This document shows, piece by piece, positions 59,430-64,000 of a stretch of 64,000 bases of DNA. The translations under genes were made by a program, and so were the position numbers. Under the pieces are notes generated by a model that worked only from the letters and a program-made list of their open reading frames with translations, ran no database searches and was not told where the DNA came from. This DNA comes from an uncultured Pseudomonadota bacterium (GTDB lineage: Bacteria; Oederibacteriota; Muellerivitia; Muellerivitales; Muellerivitaceae): positions 64,001 through 128,000 of the forward strand of contig CAVYRH010000005.1 of assembly GCA_963770835.1 (NCBI GenBank), written 5' to 3'. Each line of letters begins with the position of its first letter. Positions within the stretch are counted from its first letter, which is position 1.

Positions 59430-59459
59430 TTGAAAAAAATCCTAGAAATTAGGTATAAA
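59430..59459 (+). promoter_or_regulatory. Candidate sigma-70 promoter of the ABC operon
   Basis: TTGAAA-N18-TATAAA in an AT-rich intergenic region. Confidence 0.35.
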
Positions 59460-59529
59460 TTTCCCCGTGTTTTAGAATCCCTGCGTGATTTGATGAGTCT
59501 TAACCAAATCTAAGATGAGGGTTTTCGGA

Positions 59530-60474
59530 ATGATTGAAGTCAACGATCTTGTAAAAACTTATGGTTCCCTGGCGGCAGTCGACCGCATCACTTTTTCCGT
59601 TCCCAAGGGAGCCATTTTGGGCCTCTTGGGGCCCAATGGCGCCGGTAAAACCACTACGATGCGCATTCTCACGACTTCTTTGGCCCCCTCGGCAGGAAAA
59701 GCTTCGGTGGCGGGTTTTGACGTTGTAGAGCAGCCCCAGGAAGTCCGTAAAAGAATCGGCTATTTGCCGGAAGTTCCTCCCATTTACGGTGATATGACGG
59801 TCATTAATTACTTAAGGTTCGTGGCGGATATTAAAGAAGTACCACAAGATAAAAAGGTCAACCGCATTGGTGAAGTCTTGGAAATGCTGGCCTTGGAAGA
59901 TATGTCCCGCCGGTTCATCGGCCATCTTTCCCTCGGATACCGGCAAAGGGTGGGGTTGGCCCAGGCTCTTTTGCATGATCCGGAGGTCCTCATCCTGGAC
60001 GAACCGACGCGAGGGTTGGACCCCAAGCAAATCTTGGAAATCCGCAAACTTATTAAATCTTTGAGCGGAAAAAGGACCATCATTCTTTCCACTCATATCC
60101 TGCCTGAAGTTTCCTCCACGTGTGACGACGTCGTGATCATTGACCGTGGACGGGTAGTGGCTGCGGACACGGTGGAAAACCTCTCCCAAAGGCTCTCGGG
60201 CGGTAAAACTCTGGAAGTTGAGATCAAAGGGCCTGGAGGCGATGTGGAAAAGGCTTTGGAAAAAGTTGATGGTATTTCAGCTGTTAAAACACTTGGAAAC
60301 GGCGCCCGAGGAATCTGGCGTTTCGAGGTGACGACCGATGGAAGCAACGATTCCCGGGAGGCACTTTTCCAGTGTGTTGTAAGAAACAAATGGGTTCTTT
60401 ACGAGCTTACCCCGGTCGGGATGAGCCTCGAGGATGTCTTCTTGAAATTGACGACTAAGGAAACAGTAACATGA
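59530..60474 (+). CDS. ABC transporter ATP-binding protein (GldA-like)
   Basis: GPNGAGKTT, LSLGYRQRVGLAQAL, ILDEPT.GLDP, LSTHIL, SLEDVF. Confidence 0.95.
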   Translation: MIEVNDLVKTYGSLAAVDRITFSVPKGAILGLLGPNGAGKTTTMRILTTSLAPSAGKASVAGFDVVEQPQEVRKRIGYLPEVPPIYGDMTVINYLRFVADIKEVPQDKKVNRIGEVLEMLALEDMSRRFIGHLSLGYRQRVGLAQALLHDPEVLILDEPTRGLDPKQILEIRKLIKSLSGKRTIILSTHILPEVSSTCDDVVIIDRGRVVAADTVENLSQRLSGGKTLEVEIKGPGGDVEKALEKVDGISAVKTLGNGARGIWRFEVTTDGSNDSREALFQCVVRNKWVLYELTPVGMSLEDVFLKLTTKETVT

Positions 60475-61184
60475 ACTCAAGAAAACTGCTCGCCCTGGTG
60501 AAAAAGGAACTGATCCATTATTTCTCTTCTTTTATGGGATATGTGGTCTTGTTCGCTTTCTTCGTAATAGGGGGCTACTTTTATTACCTGATTATGGTGG
60601 GATCCCGCCAAGCCAGCATGCAGCCCGTCTTCCAGAACTTGGTGGTGATTCTTTTGTTTGTGACCCCCGCAATTACCATGCGGCTTTGGTCGGAGGAGGA
60701 AAAAAGCGGCACCGCAGAACTTTTAAAAACTTCTCCCCTGACCGTTTGGGAAATTGTTGTTGGCAAATATTTAGGGGTTTGCGCTTTTTTCCTGGTAGCC
60801 CTTCTTCCCACTTTTGTCTATTTAGCGTTAGTGATTGCCAACGGCAATCCGGATTTGCCACCCCTGGTCGCCAATTACCTTGGGTACATTTTGGCCGCCA
60901 TGGCCTTCTTTGCGGTCGGACTTCTGGCTTCCACCTTCACTGAAAACCAGATTATTTCGGCCATCATCGCTTTCGCCATGCTGCTTATGCTTTGGGTGAT
61001 CGGCGCCGCCGGTGGAAGCGTGGAGGGCCCCCTAGGGGATTTCTTGAAATACATTTCGGTTTTTGAACATACGAACGATTTTTTTAGCGGCATTATCGAC
61101 CTTAGCCACGTTTTTTATTTCGCCAGTGTCATTTTCCTGGGATTGTTTTTCTCAGTGAAAGTCCTAGAAAGCAAGAGAAGCTAA
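60471..61184 (+). CDS. ABC-2 permease (GldF-like)
   Basis: KEL..YF.S..GY, PAITMRLWSEE..SGT.ELL.T.P, VGKY, TENQII(S/A). Confidence 0.9.
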   Translation: MNSRKLLALVKKELIHYFSSFMGYVVLFAFFVIGGYFYYLIMVGSRQASMQPVFQNLVVILLFVTPAITMRLWSEEEKSGTAELLKTSPLTVWEIVVGKYLGVCAFFLVALLPTFVYLALVIANGNPDLPPLVANYLGYILAAMAFFAVGLLASTFTENQIISAIIAFAMLLMLWVIGAAGGSVEGPLGDFLKYISVFEHTNDFFSGIIDLSHVFYFASVIFLGLFFSVKVLESKRS

Positions 61185-61185
61185 A

Positions 61186-62790
61186 ATGAAACTACCCCCT
61201 TTCTTCAATCAATTACGTTCCTACAACGTCTACCTGCTCTCAGGAGGATTGGCCCTGCTTTTCGCCGGTTTTTTTGCGGTCATGGTCCTCAATACCACCA
61301 ACTGGTGGAATATCACACTGGTATCCCTCGGGCTCGTTGTTCTTGTGCTTTTTTTGACGGCCAACCTCGCGGAAGTAAAAGCGGTGGGAAAAAAACGTGG
61401 AACAGTGGTACGGGCCAACTTAACCCTCGTCTCCGTGGCCGTGTTCGGTATAGTGATTGGATTGAATTATATTGTCTCCCGCCACCCGATCCGCTTCGAC
61501 CTGACCTCCAACAAGATCTATACGCTTTCCGATCAGACCTTGGACATCCTGAAAAAGCTGAATCAAGACGTAGACGTAACCATGGTTACTTCAGCCCGGA
61601 GGGGTTCCGCTGAAATATCCAAAGCCCAACAGCTCTTGGAGGAATACGCCAAGCATTCTTCGAAATTCCATTTTAAAGTGGTTGATGGGGACAAAAATCC
61701 ATCCCTTCCTCAACAACTTAAGATTACCGAAGCTAACACGGTGGTTTTTCAAAGCGGTGATAACCGGAAGGACGTTCTTCAGCGCGATTATGTCACTTAC
61801 GCTTTGCAGGGACGTCAACCCGTTCCGAAATTTCAAGGAGAAGGGGCCTTCACCCAAGCCCTGATGACGATGACGGATACCTCTCATTTAGTCTTTTATT
61901 TCACCGAGGGCCATGGGGAAAAGGATCTCAACAGCCCTGAACCGGATGGTTTTAACCAACTTAAAGCCCTATTAGAAAAGCAAAATTACGAGGTCAAAAC
62001 GGTCAATCTAATAACTACAGGAAAAATCCCCGATGATGCGGCTGTTTTAGCCATTCTGGGCCCTAGCAAGCCTTTTCAGGCGACTGAAGAAAAACTGATC
62101 GGAGATTATTTGGCCAAGGGTGGGAAACTTGTTCTTTGCGAGGATCCGACGATTAAGAGCGGGTTGGATTCGTTGTTGAGGGATTACGGGGTTAAATTGG
62201 GTAATGATATGGTTGTTGATCCTACCGCCTACGCCTATCCCGATATTCGGGCTATTGTGCCTCAGTATCTCTACCACGCCATTGTGGAAAAACTCTCGAG
62301 CAGCCATATTGCGTCAATCATGCCTTTTACCCGGAGCGTTCAAAAGATCGATCCGGCCATCAAGGGCGTGACCCAAACTATTTTTCTTCAAACTACGGAT
62401 AAAGGCTGGGGAATCACGAACCTAAAGGAAAAGAAACCCGCTTACCATCCCGGCGTCGACACCAAAGGGCCTGTACCGTTGGCGGTCGCTTGTGAATTGA
62501 CGCTTCCCGATAATCCTTCCAAAAAAACCCGGGTGGTCGTTTATGGGACTTCAACTTTTCTTTCCAACCAGACCCAAACGTATGGGAACCCGGATTTGGC
62601 TTTGAACACTTTCAGTTGGACCGCGGAAGAGGAAAATAAAATTAGCATTCATCCGCGGGAAGATACAACCCGCGTGCTCAATTTGACGAATGTCAGCGTC
62701 AGTTTGATGTTTTGGCTCTGCGTCGTTGTCATTCCGTTGACAACCCTCTTGGCCGGGGGTGTTCTTTGGTGGCGCCGCCGGTCCCTATGA
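61186..62790 (+). CDS. GldG-family ABC transporter auxiliary protein
   Basis: RFDLT..K.YTLS.QT, YFT.GHGE, IP.DA..L.I.GP, YL.KGG; C-terminal TM followed by WWRRR. Confidence 0.9.
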   Translation: MKLPPFFNQLRSYNVYLLSGGLALLFAGFFAVMVLNTTNWWNITLVSLGLVVLVLFLTANLAEVKAVGKKRGTVVRANLTLVSVAVFGIVIGLNYIVSRHPIRFDLTSNKIYTLSDQTLDILKKLNQDVDVTMVTSARRGSAEISKAQQLLEEYAKHSSKFHFKVVDGDKNPSLPQQLKITEANTVVFQSGDNRKDVLQRDYVTYALQGRQPVPKFQGEGAFTQALMTMTDTSHLVFYFTEGHGEKDLNSPEPDGFNQLKALLEKQNYEVKTVNLITTGKIPDDAAVLAILGPSKPFQATEEKLIGDYLAKGGKLVLCEDPTIKSGLDSLLRDYGVKLGNDMVVDPTAYAYPDIRAIVPQYLYHAIVEKLSSSHIASIMPFTRSVQKIDPAIKGVTQTIFLQTTDKGWGITNLKEKKPAYHPGVDTKGPVPLAVACELTLPDNPSKKTRVVVYGTSTFLSNQTQTYGNPDLALNTFSWTAEEENKISIHPREDTTRVLNLTNVSVSLMFWLCVVVIPLTTLLAGGVLWWRRRSL

Positions 62791-62870
62791 ACCTGTCTTC
62801 GTTTATTTAACTCTCTCCCGAAAGACGCGGTTTCTATACCGGCCTCCTTTTGAGAAGGAGTAGAGGTGAC

Positions 62871-64000
62871 ATGAAAAATTTTAAAATAACCCTCATCTAC
62901 ATCATCTTGGCCGCTCTCCTCGCCGGTTATATTTATTTTTTTGAGCGAGGTCCCGTTAAGAAAGAGGAAGAGAAAAAAACAAAAGTTTTCAACAACTTTG
63001 TTGCGGATGACATTAAAGATATCCAGATTGAAAACGTGGGGAATACTCTCACCGCCGAAAAGGGCCCAATTGTCCTCCAAAAAGACGACAAGGATACCTG
63101 GCATATACTTTCACCTCATTCCTTTCTGGCGGATGAAAGCACCATTCGTTCCATGCTGACCGCCGTTGGAGATTTTAACCCCGATGTGACCATCGATAAG
63201 CCCACGAGCCTCAAAGATTACGGCCTGGATCCACCGCTTGCCCGTTGTACCCTTAAATCCAAGGCTGGTGTATCCTTCGTCATTTTAATCGGGAGTAAGG
63301 ACATGACCGGCTCCTCCTCTTATATAAAGTCCGGTGATAAGGACACGGTTTATATGGTGACCTCCTATGCCGCTGACAACCTTCATAAGGGCATCAACGA
63401 TTACCGGGATCATACGTTCTTCAAGACTGATCCGGTGGTGGCTAAGATGATCCAGGTAACCCGTGACGGCAAGGTACTGGCTTTCGAAAAGGATAAGAAC
63501 AACAATTGGAGCATCACCCGTCCCGTGGAGGCCCGTGCGGATACGACGAAGATACGGGATCTCTTGAACACAATAAGCTCGCTACGCATCCAGGATTTCG
63601 TCACGGATCATCCTTCAAGTTTGTCGCAATACGGGCTTTCGTCCCCTCATATTCGTGTTGAAGTATGGCCCAGCGATGGGGGGGCTTCCAATGCCATCCT
63701 GGTGGGGCATAAAAAGGGAAAAGATGCGGGACTTTATGCTAAATCCAAAGACGAACCTTACGTTTACTTAATCGGGGAGTATTTCGACAAGAACTTGGAC
63801 TCCAAGCTTCCGGATTATCGCGATAAGACGATCCTGCAGTTTGATGGCGGATCCGCCAAATCCATTATCATCCGGCGAGGGTCCCAGACGTTCAGTTACC
63901 AAAAGGATGCCAAAGGTCAATGGACCTGCCCTGGAAGGATCAATGCGGGGATGGAGGCCACCTCCCTGTTAAATCAACTTTCAGGGATCACTATCGGGGA
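62871..64000 (+). CDS. DUF4340 domain-containing protein (partial, runs off the window)
   Basis: Hand translation from ATG 62871 (SD GAGG): MKNFKITLIYIILAALLAGYIYFFE...W.I.SP....AD...YGLDPP...IG..., with a second unit WSITRP..ARAD...YGLSSP; usual fourth gene of GldAFG-like operons; absent from the ORF track because it has no stop. Confidence 0.8.
   Translation, partial: MKNFKITLIYIILAALLAGYIYFFERGPVKKEEEKKTKVFNNFVADDIKDIQIENVGNTLTAEKGPIVLQKDDKDTWHILSPHSFLADESTIRSMLTAVGDFNPDVTIDKPTSLKDYGLDPPLARCTLKSKAGVSFVILIGSKDMTGSSSYIKSGDKDTVYMVTSYAADNLHKGINDYRDHTFFKTDPVVAKMIQVTRDGKVLAFEKDKNNNWSITRPVEARADTTKIRDLLNTISSLRIQDFVTDHPSSLSQYGLSSPHIRVEVWPSDGGASNAILVGHKKGKDAGLYAKSKDEPYVYLIGEYFDKNLDSKLPDYRDKTILQFDGGSAKSIIIRRGSQTFSYQKDAKGQWTCPGRINAGMEATSLLNQLSGITIG

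Overview
A 64-kb bacterial chromosomal segment, almost all coded on the + strand, from a flagellated diderm that also encodes PorV-like outer-membrane proteins. The gene content recalls uncultured lineages such as FCPU426/Goldbacteria, but this is inference only. Layout: (1) 80-11005, a rearranged flagellar cluster (flgM-flgN-flgK-fliK-flgD-TIGR02530-flgE, a Kelch-like lipoprotein, flbD) followed by a truncated IS1595 transposase; (2) 11.7-15.5 kb, a Thr/Pro-rich secreted protein with a T9SS-like C-terminal domain (CTD), two PorV/PorQ-family genes and tRNA-Phe; (3) 16-41.7 kb, a Wzx/Wzy polysaccharide locus (wecA-like, wza, wzc, wzx, two GT2, wzy, pyruvyltransferase, three GT4, methyltransferase, deacetylase, epimerase) interleaved with three paralogous GH74/BNR-like beta-propeller proteins; (4) 42-50.5 kb, an internalin-like LRR lipoprotein, a giant Thr-x-Thr repeat protein with a ZU5/GPS-like HFS motif and a CTD, and a translationally coupled PorV-Fn3 fusion; (5) an ATP-grasp enzyme, PMM/PGM, rlmH, a FecR-domain protein, a DinG helicase, ruvB, an MCP, a GldA/F/G-type ABC transporter and a partial DUF4340 gene. 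The most interesting signal is a candidate non-canonical T9SS-like surface-display system: CTD cargo paired with dedicated PorV paralogs, one cargo with a possible autoproteolytic HF/S site, and beta-propeller paralogs that differ in a putative catalytic Asp and in export signal. All calls come from motif recognition by eye; no searches were run.
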